A stretch of 64,000 bases of DNA from an uncultured Acidobacteriaceae bacterium (GCA_963744125.1 CAVUSG010000011.1:12182-76181); one strand, 5' to 3'; numbered from the stretch's first letter, positions 31,227 through 44,806 are shown. The notes: generated by a model from the letters alone, not told the origin. Translations and numbers: made by a program.

Positions 31227-31260
31227 GTGGAGTCAAGTGGTAAAAAATGGATTATTCGGG
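31227..31260 (+). promoter_or_regulatory. Candidate MraZ binding boxes (10-bp period)
   Basis: GTGG 31227, GTGG 31237, ATGG 31247, CGGG 31257 upstream of mraZ. Confidence 0.65.
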
Positions 31261-31346
31261 ACCAACATAGGTACATTCTGGAGTTAATTGTACGGCTGAA
31301 GGCAGATTGAAGGGCTGTTGGATTCGGTTGAGGTATCGAGGTTGTT

Positions 31347-31817
31347 ATGTTTCGCGGCAATATTCCAACTCGCGTGGACGAGAAAGGCAGGCTTAAATTG
31401 CCTGCTGACTTCAAGCGCCAGGTGGAGGAGGAGTACGGGCCGAGGTTTTATATCACCAGCGTTGATGGCAAGAGGGCTCGGCTGTACCCGATGAAGGAGT
31501 GGGAGGCGGTCGAGGCTTCGCTGATGAAGATGTCTCCGATGGATCCGGTTCGGGAGCGGTTTTTGGACGTGACTACTTATTACGGTCAGATGGTGGAGAT
31601 GGATGCGCAGGGCCGGTTGCTGATTCCGCAGTTGCTGCGGGATCTGGCGAGGATCAAGGACGACGTTGAGGTGATGGGAAAGATTGAGCGCCTGGAGGTT
31701 GTGAAGAAGGAAGTGTTCCAGGGGCAGTTGGATGGTACGGGCGCACCGGCGGCGATTCAGCTCTCGCGTGAGGACCTGGCGTCGTATGCCGAGAAGACGA
31801 TGCCGAAGGTTGCGTAG
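31347..31817 (+). CDS. mraZ: Division/cell-wall cluster regulator MraZ
   Basis: MFRG...VDEKGRLKLPA.F and MDAQGRLLIP repeats; first gene of the dcw cluster. Confidence 0.95.
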   Translation: MFRGNIPTRVDEKGRLKLPADFKRQVEEEYGPRFYITSVDGKRARLYPMKEWEAVEASLMKMSPMDPVRERFLDVTTYYGQMVEMDAQGRLLIPQLLRDLARIKDDVEVMGKIERLEVVKKEVFQGQLDGTGAPAAIQLSREDLASYAEKTMPKVA

Positions 31818-31884
31818 CAGATTTTGTAAGGCGATTTGGATTTGAGATTTTGCCCCCCAGGGGGAGCACAGAAGGCGGGAATGG

Positions 31885-32780
<896 letters not shown>

Positions 32781-32831
32781 AACAAGTTTAGTTGCATATC
32801 TGCGGAGCATTCGAGATATGCAACGACAAGT

Positions 32832-32918
32832 GATCGGGCCAGGGTTGTCCTACCGTTCTTTCAGGCGAAAGACAACCGCATTACCAATCCCATCCTCCAT
32901 AGCGACCCCGGCCCGGTT
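32832..32918 (+). ncRNA. Putative structured cis-regulatory RNA upstream of ftsL
   Basis: 17-bp outer helix and a competing 7-bp perfect helix share the segment GGTTGTC (see findings). Confidence 0.35.
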
Positions 32919-32957
32919 GTGATTTCGGAGAGAGACAAGAAGTTAGTGAGGTGTTCG

Positions 32958-33481
32958 ATGGCGACGACGGCGATGGCAGGACAACAGATTGAGATGATGG
33001 GCTCGCGGGCGGGCAACGCAGCCGTCCGGAGTCTCTCGCCGAGCGTAACCGCATGCTGTTTGAAGGACAGAAGAAGGCGCGGCGCGGACCGACTCCTGAG
33101 GTTTTCTTTACCAAGCATATTGATAACAGCCGGCTGGTGAAGGCGGACGATCCGGAGCGGCGGCGCGAGATGCGCACGTTTACCGCGGTGATGGGCGTGC
33201 TGTTCCTGCTGGTGATGGTGTATGTGTGGCAGCACTTTACGGCGATCGAGGTGGGATACCAGGTGGAGGCGCAGAAGCAGCAGGTGCTGCAGATGCAGGA
33301 GCAGAACCGGCAATTGCGGCTGAGCGAGGCGCAGTTGACGGACCCGGGCCGGATCGACCGGATTGCGAAAGAGCTTGGGCTGGATGCGCCTCAGCCGGGG
33401 CAGGTGGTGCGGCCGGAGGGCGGCGATGCGAACGCTCCTGTGCTGGCGCAGGCGGGTGCGCCGGTGGTTGCGGTCCAGTAG
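32958..33481 (+). CDS. ftsL: Cell division protein FtsL (frameshift in 5' part)
   Basis: Position after rsmH; TM helix, coiled coil, L.DPGRIDRIAKELGL..P. Confidence 0.85.
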
Positions 33482-33561
33482 GTTCGGCTGGATGAAAGTC
33501 TGAGATGCAACGACAAGCTCAAGCTAGCAACTGCAACAGATTTTGATGTGAGATTAGTCTA

Positions 33562-35890
33562 ATGAACAAGGCGCCACGGCAGACGATGACCGCTCCTATA
33601 CGGAGGATGCGGTTTGTCGTGGGTGGCGCTGATTTTTTTGGGTGGACGGCTGCGATTGGGTTGCGACTGGGGTGGCTGCAGCTGGTTCGTCATCAGCATT
33701 ATGTTGAGACGGCGGCGAAGCAGCAGCAGCGGACGTTTGAGGTAGCTCCGCGGCGGGGCGTGCTGTACGACCGCAATCTGCGCGAGCTGGCGATGACGGT
33801 GCTGGTGGACAGCGTGTATGCGGTGCCGTCGGAGCTGGGAGAGAATCGGGGAATGCGGCGGAGCTGCTGGCGGAGATTGTGCATGCCGATCCTCGCGACA
33901 ACTTCACTTCGCAGCAGCAGATGCTGGCGCGGTTCAATGCTTCGCGGAACTTTGCGTGGGTGGCGCGGCGGGTGGATGCGGAGACGGCGACGCGGGTGCG
34001 GGAGCTGAATCTGAAGGGCGTTTATCTGCAGAAGGAGTTCAAGCGGTTTTATCCGAACAACGATCTGGCGGCGCAGGTGCTGGGTTATGTGGGGACGGAT
34101 GACATTGGGTTGGGCGGGCTGGAGCGGCAGTTCGACGACGATATGCATGGCGTGGCGGGGCACATGGTGATCGGCGTGGACGCCAAGCGGCAGGCGCTGA
34201 CGAGCGAAGAGAGCCAGCCGATGCCGGGCGAGAACCTGGTGCTGTCGATTGACGCGAATATCCAGTACATGGCGGAGCGCGCGCTGGATGCGCAGATGGA
34301 GAAGATGAAGGCGCGCACGGCACGGTGGTGGTGCAGGATCCGCATACGGGGCAGATTCTGGCGCTGGCGATTTCGCCGCGGTTCAATCCGAACGATCAGC
34401 GGCACATGGATGCGAGCGTGCTGCAGAACCTGGCGGTGAGCGATGTGTATGAGCCGGGATCGACGTTCAAGCTGGTGACGTACTCGGCTGCGCTTGACGG
34501 TGCGGGGGTGCAGCCGACGGACATGGTGGACTGCCAGGGCGGCGCGATGACGATGTATGGCCGCACGTTGCATGACGACCAGACGCGACCACTTTGGCGT
34601 GGTGACGGTGCAGTATGCGCTGGAGCACTCGAGCGACGTGGGTGCGGCGAAGATGGCGCTGAAGCTGGGGAACCAGAAGTTCTACGACTATATAAGAGGA
34701 TTTGGCTTTGGCGACCGGTCGGGCATTGAGCTGCCGAGCGAGACGCGCGGACTGCTGCGGGCGCCGAAGAAGTGGGGAGCGACGAGCATTCTGTCGCTGG
34801 CGATTGGACAGGAGGTGGGCGTGACGCCGGTGCAACTGGTGACGATGGTGAGCGCGATTGCGAATGGCGGGGTGTATATGCCTCCGCATGTGCTGCTGAA
34901 GTCGACCGACGAGATGAAGGGGGATGCGCGGCTGACGCCGATGGCGTTTCGTCCGGAGAATCAACTGCCGGACGAAGCTGCCGGACGGGGCGCACCGGGT
35001 GATCACGGAGATGACGTCGGCGAAGATGCGGATGATGATGCAGGGCACGGTGATGGAGGGAACGGGACGGATGGCGGCGCTGAATGGTTACAGCGCGGGC
35101 GGAAAGACGGGAACGGCGCAGAAGGTTGATCCGGTGACGCACACGTACTCGCATACGAAGCTGGTGGCGAGCTTTGCGGGGTTCGCGCCGGTGAGCAATC
35201 CGGCGATCTCGATTGCGGTGGTGATCGATACGCCGACGGTGGGGACGCGATATGGTGCGGAGACGAGCGCTCCGGTGTTTGCGCGAGGTGGCGCAGGAGG
35301 TGCTGGAGTACCTGGGCGTGCCGCATGATCAGCCGTTGAAGACGAAGAAGCGAGATGCAGCGGCAGATTGCGGCGCAGAAGGATAGTTTGGCGGATGGTC
35401 CTTCGGAGAATGGCGCGGACATGAATGCGCTGTTCGCCGAGATGAATAATCTGCCGGCGGATGATCCGCTGCGGGCTGCCTGCGAATGCTGCGGCTGCTG
35501 CGGCAAGCCTGCTGCCTGATGCTGCGACGCGGGCTCCGGTGAAGGTTGCGAGCGATAAGAGTGCCGGTGGATGAGTCTGCTGCCGGCGAAGGTGCTGGCG
35601 GCGTTTCGTCGAGAGTCAGTGGATGATGCCGGCGGTGGAGACTGCGGCGATTGCGGCTCCGAAGATTGTGCCGGCGGTGCAGGCGAAGGAATGGGGCGGT
35701 GATGGTGGACCGGGGACGAGGTGGCGGTGCCGAGTTTGTGGGGGCGGCGTTGCGGTCAGTGGTGGAGCGGGCTGATGCTGCGGGGCTGCGTGTGCAGCCG
35801 GTGGGCAGCGGGCTGGCGCGGGAGCAGGTTCCGGCGGCGGGGACGATGGTGCCGGCGGGGACAGAGGTTGTGGTGCGGTTTTCGCGGTAA
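33562..35890 (+). CDS. ftsI: Septal transpeptidase PBP3 with C-terminal PASTA-like domain (multiple frameshifts)
   Basis: PRRGVLYDRN, RFYPN..LAAQVLG, YEPGSTFK, HSSDVG, GKTGTAQK. Confidence 0.9.
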
Positions 35891-35931
35891 GGCGGCTGGC
35901 GCTGAGAATCATCGCGTGTATGGGGCTTAGA

Positions 35932-37436
35932 ATGCGGTCATGCTGATGGAATCGAGGCGATGCGCGGCGTGAGACGGTCGGAGCGTTCGCAGGCTGCGCG
36001 GTTGATGTCCGGGCGTGGAGTATGACTCGCGGCGGGTGGGGCGGGGCGATGTGTTTGTGGCGATGCGGGGTGGGGTTGCGGATGGGAACCGATATATAGA
36101 TGCGGCGATTGACGCAGGGTGCGGCTGCGGTGGTGACGGATTCGCGGAGGTGTATGGACGGGTGCGGCGGAGCATTCGGAGATTGCGTGCTGGCGCTGGT
36201 GGAGCAGTGGGCGGCGGGCGTTGGCGGAGGTTAGCCGGCGGTGTTTGGGCATCCGGAGACGCAAGCTGGCGCTGAGTGCGGTGACGGGGACGAATGGGAA
36301 GACGACGACGGCGTTTCTGCTGGAGCAGATGCTGCGGAGTGTGGGGCGGAAGTGCGTGTTGATTGGGACGATTGAGACGCATGTGGGGGATGAGGTGCGG
36401 GAGTCGCCGCATACGACTCCGGAGGTCGCGGGATATGCTGGGGATGTTTGCGGATGGGGTGAAGGTGGGGGCGACGGAGGCGGTGATGGAGATGTCGAGC
36501 CATGCGCTGGAGCAGGAGCGGGTGTGGGGGATGCCGGTGGATGTGGCGATGTTTACGAATTTGACGCAGGACCATCTGGATTATCACGGGACGATGGAGA
36601 GCTATTTTGCGGCGAAGGCGAGGTTGTTTGAGGGGGTGGGTGCGCCGCCTCCGCGGGTTGCGGTGGTCAATGCGGATGATGCTGCTGGGAGCGGCTGGTG
36701 CGCGGATGCGAGCGGTCGCAGTGTGCTGGACGTATGGGATGGAGGCGAAGGGGGATTTCGTGCGGAGGATGTCGTGATGCGAGCCGGGGAGACGCGGTTT
36801 CGATTGGATGACGCCGCATGGGATTGTGGAGATGCGGTCTCCGCTGACGGGGCGGGTGAATGTTTACAACTTGCTGGCGGCTAGCGTGGCGGCGTTGGCG
36901 CGGGGGTTGACGCTGGAGGAGATTGCTGCGGCGGCGAGAGCTGGGCAGGTGCCGGGGCGGTTTGAGGTGGTGCCGGGTTCGGAGGCTGGGATTTACGGTG
37001 GTGGTGGATTATGCGCATACGGATGATGCGCTGCGGAATTTGATTGCGCTGGCGCGGGAGTTGGTGAAGGAGCGCGGTGGGCGGGTGATTACGCTGTTTG
37101 GATGTGGTGGGGATCGGGATAGGACGAAGCGGCCGAAGATGGGACGGGCTGCGGGTGAGGGGAGCGATCTGGTGGTGTTGACGAGCGACAATCCGCGGAG
37201 TGAGGAGCCGATGGCGATTATTGAGGAGGCTCTGGTGGGGGTGAAGGAGACGGGGGCGGATTGTATGGTCGAGGAGGATCGGGCGGGGGCGATTGGGATT
37301 GCGATTCGTGCGGCGCGGGCGGGGGATATTGTTTTGATTGCGGGAAGGGGCATGAGAAGGTGCAGATTTTGAAGGATGGGACGGTGCCGTTTGATGATGT
37401 GGCGGTGGCGGCGGGGTGCTGAAGGAGATTGCGTGA
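35932..37436 (+). CDS. murE: UDP-MurNAc-dipeptide:DAP ligase (multiple frameshifts; start uncertain)
   Basis: [52 protein letters not shown] (DNPR indicates DAP specificity). Confidence 0.9.
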
Positions 37437-37492
37437 ATGCGGGAGCGGTAGGCGCGGATGACGCCAAAGCGATGCGGTGACGAGAGGGATCG

Positions 37493-38864
37493 ATGAAGCT
37501 GACGCTGGGGCAGATTGCGGATTGGATTCATGCGGAGGGGAGTTTGATACTGCGGCGGAGGCGGTGGGGTATTCGATTGACTCGCGGACGATTGGGGCGG
37601 GGGAGCTGTTTTTGCGGTGAAGGGTGAGCGGTTGGATGGGCATGATTATGTTGCGGCGGCGCTGGCGGATGGCGCGGTGGCGGCGGTGGTGAGCATGCGG
37701 TGGCTGGTGCCGGCGGAGGTGGATGAGACGAAGCTGCTGCGGGTTCCGGATGTGCGAGGATTGCGTGTTGAGTGCGCTGCAGAGGCTGGCTCATGCGGTG
37801 CGGAGGGAGTGGGGTGGGCGGGTGATTGGGGTGACGGGGTCGGCGGGGAAGACGACGACGAAGGAGATGGTGGCGCAGGTTTTGGCGGCGAAGTTCAAGG
37901 TGCTGAAGTCGGCGGGGAATTTGAATAATGGGTTTGGGTTGCCGCTGCAGCTGTTGAGGCTGGAGCCGGAGCATGAGGTTGCGGTGATCGAGATGGGGAT
38001 GAACCATGCGGGGGAGATCGCGGCGCTGGCGAAGATTGCGGAGCCGGATTGGGGCGGTGGTGAGCAATGTTGCTCCGGTGCATGTGGAGTTTTTTGCGGA
38101 TGGGATTGCGGGGATTGCGCGGGCGAAGTATGAGTTGGTGGAGGCGCTGCCGACGGATGGGGTGGCGGTGCTGAATGGCGATGATGAGTATGTGCGGGAG
38201 TTTGGGCGGGGGATGGGGGATCGCGCGGTGTTGTATGGGATGGGCGAGGGCGCGGAGGTGCGGGCGGTGCATGTTGCGGAGATGGGTGCGGAGGGGGTGG
38301 TGTTTACGGTGGAGGCGAGGGCGAGCGGGCGAGTGTGCAGTTGCAGATGCTGGGGCGGCACAACGTGCTGAATGCGCTGGCGGCGATTGCGGTGGGGTTG
38401 CGGAGTGGGATGACGCTTGAGGAGTGTGCGGCGGCGGTGGGAGAGATGCGGGCCGGGGATAAGCGCGGCGAGGTTCTGGAGTGGCGCGGGGCGACTGTTG
38501 ATCAATGATTGCTATAACTCGAATCCGCAGGCGCTGGATGCGATGGTGGATGCGCTGATGGCGATGCCGGCGGAGCGGCATATGGTGGTGGCGGGAGAGA
38601 TGCTGGAGCTGGGGGCGGAGGCTGCGGCGCTGCATGCGGCGTGTGGGCGGCGGATGGCGGAGCGTGGGGTTGCGGTGGTGGTGGGGGTGCGGGGGTGGCG
38701 AAGGCTTTGGTGGAGGCGGCGAGAGCGGGTGGAGTGGAGGCGGTGTTTGTCGACGATGCGGAGGCGGCGGGGAGTGGCTGAAGGAGAATGTGCGGGCGGG
38801 GGATGCGGTGTTGTTGAAGGCGTCGCGCGGGGTGCGGCTGGAGCGGGCTTTGAGTGTGATCTGA
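37493..38864 (+). CDS. murF: UDP-MurNAc-tripeptide:D-Ala-D-Ala ligase (multiple frameshifts)
   Basis: [47 protein letters not shown]. Confidence 0.92.
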
Positions 38865-39000
38865 GCGGAGTAGGTGGATGTGGCTTGGTTCGCTGCTGGA
38901 ATGATTGCGAGGAAATCACAGGCGTGTGCGGCTGTTAAGATAGCGGTGACCTGCGTGCAGGACTGGATCGACGAGCCGCGGATGAGAGGCGGAGATGTCT

Positions 39001-40138
39001 TTGCTCTATTGGCTGCTGTACCAGAAGTTGTTTCCTTACTTTCGTCTGTTTCGCATCTTTCGCTATCTGACGTTTCGTACGGTGTTTGCGAGCCTGACGG
39101 CGCTGCTGATCGGGTTGCTGATCGGGCCGTATCGTGATTGAGCGGCTGCGCGAGTTTCAGATCGGGCAGTACATTCGCGAGGAGGGGCCGCAGAGCCATC
39201 AGAAGAAGAGCGGGACGCCGACGATGGGCGGGGTGCTGATCTGCATTTCGATTCTGGTGCCGACGCTGCTGTGGGCGGATCTTTCGAATCCGTTTGTGTG
39301 GCTGGTGATGTTTTCGACGCTGGCGTTTGGGGCGATCGGGTTTGCGGACGACTACATCAAGGTGGTGCATCAGCGGAACCAGGGGCTGACGGCGCGGCAG
39401 AAGTTGGCGCTGCAGTTTCTGGCGAGCGCGGGCGTGGCGGTCGCGCTGGTGGGATGGAGGTGCATGGCGGGTATTCGACGCGGCTGATGGTGCCGTTTGC
39501 TGAAGCGGTTCCGGCCGGACCTGGTGTGGGAGTGGCTGGGGCATATTCCGCATATGCACTGGCTGGCGTTTCTGCCGTTTGTGGTGTTCGTGATGCTGGT
39601 GATTACGTTCTCGAGTAATGCGGTGAATCTGACGGATGGGCTGGATGGGCTGGCGATCGGCTGCACGATTATTGCGGCCGGCGCGCTGACGGTGCTGACG
39701 TATGTGAGCGGGCATGTGGTGTTCGCGGACTATCTTGAGCTGCAGCGCATGCCGATGGTGAGCGAGCTGACGGTGTTCTGCGGGGCGATGGTGGGGGCGA
39801 GTATCGGGTTTCTTTGGTACAACGCGCATCCGGCGGAGGTGTTTATGGGGGATGTGGGGAGCCTGGCGCTGGGGGGGCGATTGGGACGGTGGCGGTGGTG
39901 ATCAAGCAGGAGTTGCTGCTGCCGTTTATTGGCGGCGTGTTTATTCTTGAGGCGGTGAGCGTGATTCTGCAGGTGGGGAGCTATAAGCTGCGGAATGGGA
40001 AGCGGATATTCAAGATGGCTCCGCTGCACCATCACTTTGAGTTGATGGGGTGGAGCGAGAGTCAAGGTGATTGCGCGGTTCTGGATTATGGCGCTGGTGT
40101 TTGCGCTGTTTGCGCTGACGACTTTGAAGCTGAGGTAA
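39001..40138 (+). CDS. mraY: Phospho-MurNAc-pentapeptide translocase (frameshifts)
   Basis: [52 protein letters not shown]. Confidence 0.93.
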
Positions 40139-40152
40139 GAGTGGTGAATCGA

Positions 40153-41529
40153 ATGATGGAACTGAAGAATAAGCGCGTGTTGGTGGTGGGGCTGGGGAAG
40201 TCGGGATTCGGCTGCGCTGTTTCTGCGCGGGCAGGGGGCGCGGGTGACGGTGAGCGATTCGCGCAGTGCGGCGGCGCTGGCGGCGGAGATTCCGGCGCTG
40301 CTGGAGGCTGGGATCATGGTGGAGTCGGGTGGGCATGGGCTGCTGACGTTTCGGCGGCAGGATTTGATCGTGGTGTCGCCGGGTGTGCCGATGGATACGC
40401 CGGAGGTGAAGCAGGTGGTGGCGTTTGGGCTGCCGGTGATTGGGGAGTTGGAGCTGGCGATCGCGGTTTTTGAAGGGCAAGATTGTGGCGATTACGGGGT
40501 CGAATGGGAAGACGACGACTACGACGCTGGTGGGAGAGATATTGAAGGCGGCGGGATTGCCTACGCTGGTGGGTGGGAATATTGGAGTGCCGGTGATCGA
40601 TCTGGTGGAGGAGAGTACGCGCGGAGACGAGCGAGTGTGCTGGAGGTTTCGAGTTTTCAGTTGGAGACGATTGAGGAGTTTCATCCGAAGATTGCGGTGG
40701 TGCTGAATATTACGCCGGACCATCTGGATCGGCATGGGAGCTTTGAGAACTATGCGGCGGCGAAGGCGCGGATTACGGAGCAGCAGGGCGGCTGAGGATT
40801 TTCTGGTGCTGAATGGGGAGGACAAGGCTACGCAGATGGTGGCGGGGAAGACGAAGGCGCAGGTGTTCTGGTTCAGTGGGCGGCGGCCGATCAAGCAGGG
40901 GGCGTTTGTGCATGGGGAGAGCATCGTGTTTGTGCGCGAAGGAGGGGGCGAAGGCGGAGCCGGTGATGCCGGTGAGCGAGATTCCGCTGAAGGGTGCGCA
41001 TAACGTGGAGAACGTGCTGGCGGCGGTTGTGTGCGGCGCGGCTGGCGGGGGTTTCGGCGGAGATGATTCGGGGTGCGGTGCGCGGAGTTCAAGGCGGTGG
41101 AGCATCGGCTGGAGTTTGTGCGGAGTGTGAATGGAGTGGAGTATCTACAACGATTCGAAGGCTACGAATGTGGATGCGACGATGAAGGCGGTGGCTTCGT
41201 TCGATGGCGGGATTCACCTGATTCTGGGGGGGAAGGACAAGGACTCGGACTACGGGTTGATGGCGGATCTGCTGAAGGAGCGGGTGAAGGCTGTTTATAC
41301 GATTGGTTCGGCGGCGGAAAAGATTGAGCATCAGCTGCGGGGAGTCGTGAAGATGAAGTCAGCGGGAACGATGCAGGTGGCTGTGAGCGATGCTGCCGCT
41401 GCTGCGGTTGCGGGCGATGTGGTGTTGCTGGCGCCGGCGTGCTCGAGCTTCGACCAGTTTGAGAACTATGAGCATCGCGGCCGGGTGTTCCGGCAGCTGG
41501 TGCAGGAGTTGCAGGAACGGAAGAATTAG
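40153..41529 (+). CDS. murD: UDP-MurNAc-L-Ala:D-Glu ligase (frameshifts)
   Basis: [50 protein letters not shown]. Confidence 0.93.
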
Positions 41530-41562
41530 CCAGCGGCGACGTGTTGGCGGGAGTTGGATGGA

Positions 41563-42653
41563 ATGGCGAAGAGAGTTGGGGTGGACAAGTGGCTCTTCGG
41601 CACGGTGCTGCTGCTGGTGCTGTTTGGGCTGGTGATGGTGTTCTCTGCGTCGGCGGTGATGGCGAAGGAGACGCTGGGGTCGCCGTACTCGTATGTGGGA
41701 CGGCAGGCGGTGTGGGCGCTGATGGGGATGTTTGCGCTGGTGGTGCTGATGCGGGTGGATTACCGGCACTATAACAATCCGCGCGTGGTGTATCCGGCTG
41801 TGGCGTGACGGTAGCTGTTGCTTGATCGGCGTGTTCGCGATGAGCGGCATGAACGGCGCGCATCGATGGATTCGGGTGGCGGGTACGACGTTGCAGCCTT
41901 CGGAGCTTGCGAAGCCTGTGCTGGTGCTGTTCCTGGCGTTACTATCTGCAGACGCGAATTCATCAGATGGATGACTCGAAGACGATTTTGCGCGCGGCGC
42001 TGCCTTCGCTGGTGTTTGCGGCGCTGATCATGAAGGAGCCGGATCTGGGAACTGCGATGGTGTGTATGGCAGTGACGGCGTTGATGCTGTATCTGGCGGG
42101 CGCGCGGATTCGGTACTTTGCGGTGGGTGTTGCGCTGGCATCTCCGGTGATGTATTACATGCTGTTCCATGTGAAGTTCAGACGCGACCGGATGCTGGCG
42201 TTTATGAATCCGGAGGCCGACCCGCGAGGGACTGGGTTCCATATATTGCAGTCGCTGATTGCGGTTGGGACGGGCGGGTTTCATGGGTTGGGATTGATGG
42301 AGGGGCGGCAGAAGCTGTTCTATCTGCCGGAGGTTCAGACGGACTTTATCTTTGCGAATATCTGCGAGGAGCTGGGGATGATTGGGGCGCTGTTGATCGT
42401 CGGGCTGTTTGTGGCGCTGGGGTATCGCGGGTTGCGAGCGGCTTTTCTGTCGACTGATCCGTTTGCGCGGTTTCTGGCGTTTGGGATTACGACAGCGGTG
42501 ATGATCCAGGCGTTCTTCAATATGAGCGTGGTGTTGGCGCTGTTGCCTACGAAGGGGATTCCGCTGCCGTTTATCTCTTCGGGTGGGACTTCGATCTTTA
42601 TTACGCTGGCTAGTATGGGTGTGCTGCTGAATGTGACTCGTGAGATTGATTAA
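41563..42653 (+). CDS. ftsW: SEDS peptidoglycan polymerase FtsW (frameshifts)
   Basis: GLVMVFSAS, EPDLGT, YLPEVQTDFIF..ICEELG, PTKGIPLPFISSGG. Confidence 0.93.
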
Positions 42654-42690
42654 GGGCGGTTGCTGGTTGCTAGTTGCTAGTTGTTGGTTG
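42651..42690. repeat. Heptamer-type tandem repeat, copy 3, between ftsW and murG
   Basis: 37/40 identical to 5892-5931. Confidence 0.85.
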
Positions 42691-42698
42691 AGGGTTCG

Positions 42699-43777
42699 AT
42701 GCGGGTTTTGATTGCTGGCGGAGGGACCGGGGGGCATGTGATTCCGGCGCTGGCGATTGCGCGGGAGTTGCGGGATGCGCATGGGGCTGAAGTGCGATTT
42801 GTGGGGACGGCTCGGGGGTTGGAGACGAAGCTGGTTCCGGAGGCGGGGTTTCCGCTGGAGTTGGTGCGGTCTGGACAGTTGAAGAATGTTGCGCTGATGA
42901 CGCGGGTGCGGACTTTGTTTGATCTGCCGCTGGGGGTTTTGCGGTGCGTGGGATTACTGAGGGAATTTAGGCCTGGGGTGGTGGTGGGGGTGGGGGGGTA
43001 TGCTAGTGGGCCGGGGATGCTGGCGGCGGTGATGATGGGGGTGCCTACGCTGGTGTATGAGCCCAATGCGGTGCCGGGGCTTACTAACCGGTGGGTGGGG
43101 AGGCGGGTTAGTGCGGCGGCGGTGGCGTTTGCCCAGACTACCCGGTACTTCCGTGGGGCGGAGGTTACGGGTGTGCCGGTTAGGCCGGAGATATTCGGGT
43201 TGGCTCCGCGGCCTGTGGGAGCGCGCCGCGGCTGCTGGTTACGGCGGGGAGTAATGGGGCACTGGTGTTCAACCAGACTATGCCGCGGATCGTGGCGGGG
43301 CTGCTGGAGGGAGTTCCGGGGTTGACTATCGTGCACCAGGCGGGAGTGCGGCGGTTGGAGGAGACTCGGGGGGAGTATGCGGCTAGCGGGGCTGATCCGT
43401 CGCGGTGGTCTGTGGAGGGGTTTCTGGTGGATATGCCTGCTCAGTATGCGGCTGCGGATGTGGTGTTGGCGCGGGCGGGAAGTACTATCGCGGAGCTGTG
43501 TGCGGCGGGGAAGCCTTCGGTGCTGGTGCCGCTTCCGACGGCAGCGGATGACCATCAGCGGCGGAATGCTGAGGTGCTTGCTGAGGCTGGTGCCGCGGAG
43601 ATGCTGCTGCAGAGGGATGTGACGCCTGAGTCGCTGCGTAGTGCGTTGGTGGCGCTGCTGAACGATGCTCCGAGACGCGCGGTGATGGCGGAGCGTGCGC
43701 GGTCGTTGGCGAAGCCGGGAGCGCTGGAGAAGATTGCTGCGATGGTTTTGCGGCTTGCCGGAAAAGATAAGGGCTGA
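42699..43777 (+). CDS. murG: Lipid II GlcNAc transferase (frameshift near 43230)
   Basis: GGGTGGHVIPA, GGYASGP, EPNAVPGLTN, G.PVR, RAGSTIAE, DDHQ..NA. Confidence 0.93.
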
Positions 43778-43804
43778 GGAGTTGTCCTCAGCCCGTTTGA
43801 TTTT
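43771..43804. terminator. Hairpin between convergent murG and YXWGXW genes
   Basis: gggctgagga/tcctcagccc 10-bp stem followed by a T-rich tract. Confidence 0.7.
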
Positions 43805-43813
43805 CAAGTTGGT

Positions 43814-44752
43814 TTAGCGATGTCCGCCGCCGCCACCACCGTGGAAGCCGCCTCCTCCACCGCCACTAAATCCGCCACCGCCGTGATAGCCGCCGCCTTG
43901 GTAGCCGCCGCCGGAGTAGCTGCGGGGAGCGGATGGAGCTGCGTAGGAATGACCGGCACCGGATTGTGCATAGCTGCGCGCTTGAGGAGCCTGTGCATAG
44001 CTACGCGCCTGTGGAGTTGAGCCGCTGAACGAGCGGTTGCTGACGGTGCTCTGACGAACATTGGAGTTTGCGTAGCCGCTGGAATGGCTTTGTCCGTTGA
44101 TGGTCGACCCGCGGAACTGGCCGCTGTTTACGGTTCCGTTGGTGCGGGCGAAGCTGGTGCCGCCGGGGTGGTTGGCGTAGCCGGCGTAGGAGCGACTGTA
44201 GGCATAGCCTGAGTGGAAGCCGACATTCCAGTAGGCGCGGTTATACCAGAAGTGGCCGCCGTACCAGTAGCCACCGTAGAAGCCTATTCCGAAGAAGCCA
44301 AAGCCGTAGTTGATGCCGCCGTAGTAGCCGACGTAGGGGCCCCAGTATCCGGCGTTCCAGAAGTAGCCGTAGGGGTTATAGCCCCAGTAGCCTGGGGTCC
44401 ATAGGGCTCCGACATAAGGGGGGGATACCCATGAGCCTTGTATCCACTGGTAGCCGTCGCTGGTCCATGCCCAGTAGCCGGGGGTCCACATGTAGCCGTC
44501 GCCGGGGGCCTGGGGCTGGGCGTAGTCGGGGATGGCAGGCGGGGCCTGCTGGACATCCTGAGGTGCGGCGTACTGGGGTGCGCCGTTTTGGGGTGCGCCG
44601 TACTGCACGCCGGCCTGAGGGGCGGTGTTGTAGTCGGCGTACTGGGTTGGCATAGGCGGGGCCTGTGCCTGGGAGGCGATGGGAGCTGCTGCGAGCGCTG
44701 CGCTCAAGGCCACGGTTGCTATCGAGTTGCGGAACAGACGAGTGGACGTCAT
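43814..44752 (-). CDS. Secreted YXWGXW/WXXGXW-repeat protein with Gly-rich tail
   Basis: GYMWTPGYWAW, YQWIQGSW, ALWTPGYWG, YFWNAGYWG; signal peptide. Confidence 0.88.
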   Translation of the reverse strand: MTSTRLFRNSIATVALSAALAAAPIASQAQAPPMPTQYADYNTAPQAGVQYGAPQNGAPQYAAPQDVQQAPPAIPDYAQPQAPGDGYMWTPGYWAWTSDGYQWIQGSWVSPPYVGALWTPGYWGYNPYGYFWNAGYWGPYVGYYGGINYGFGFFGIGFYGGYWYGGHFWYNRAYWNVGFHSGYAYSRSYAGYANHPGGTSFARTNGTVNSGQFRGSTINGQSHSSGYANSNVRQSTVSNRSFSGSTPQARSYAQAPQARSYAQSGAGHSYAAPSAPRSYSGGGYQGGGYHGGGGFSGGGGGGFHGGGGGGHR

Positions 44753-44777
44753 ATCGTTACCTTTACCTGCCTGCTTA

Positions 44778-44806
44778 TTAGACACAAATCTGCGCCTTTT
44801 GTTGCA
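44778..44806 (-). promoter_or_regulatory. Candidate ECF promoter TGCAAC-N17-GTCTAA
   Basis: On the minus strand, about 25 bp upstream of the YXWGXW ATG. Confidence 0.45.

Noticed and set aside
33532-33562. TGCAAC...GTCTAA ECF-like promoter before ftsI
   Set aside because: The spacer is 19 bp rather than 16-17 and the -10 element overlaps the start codon.
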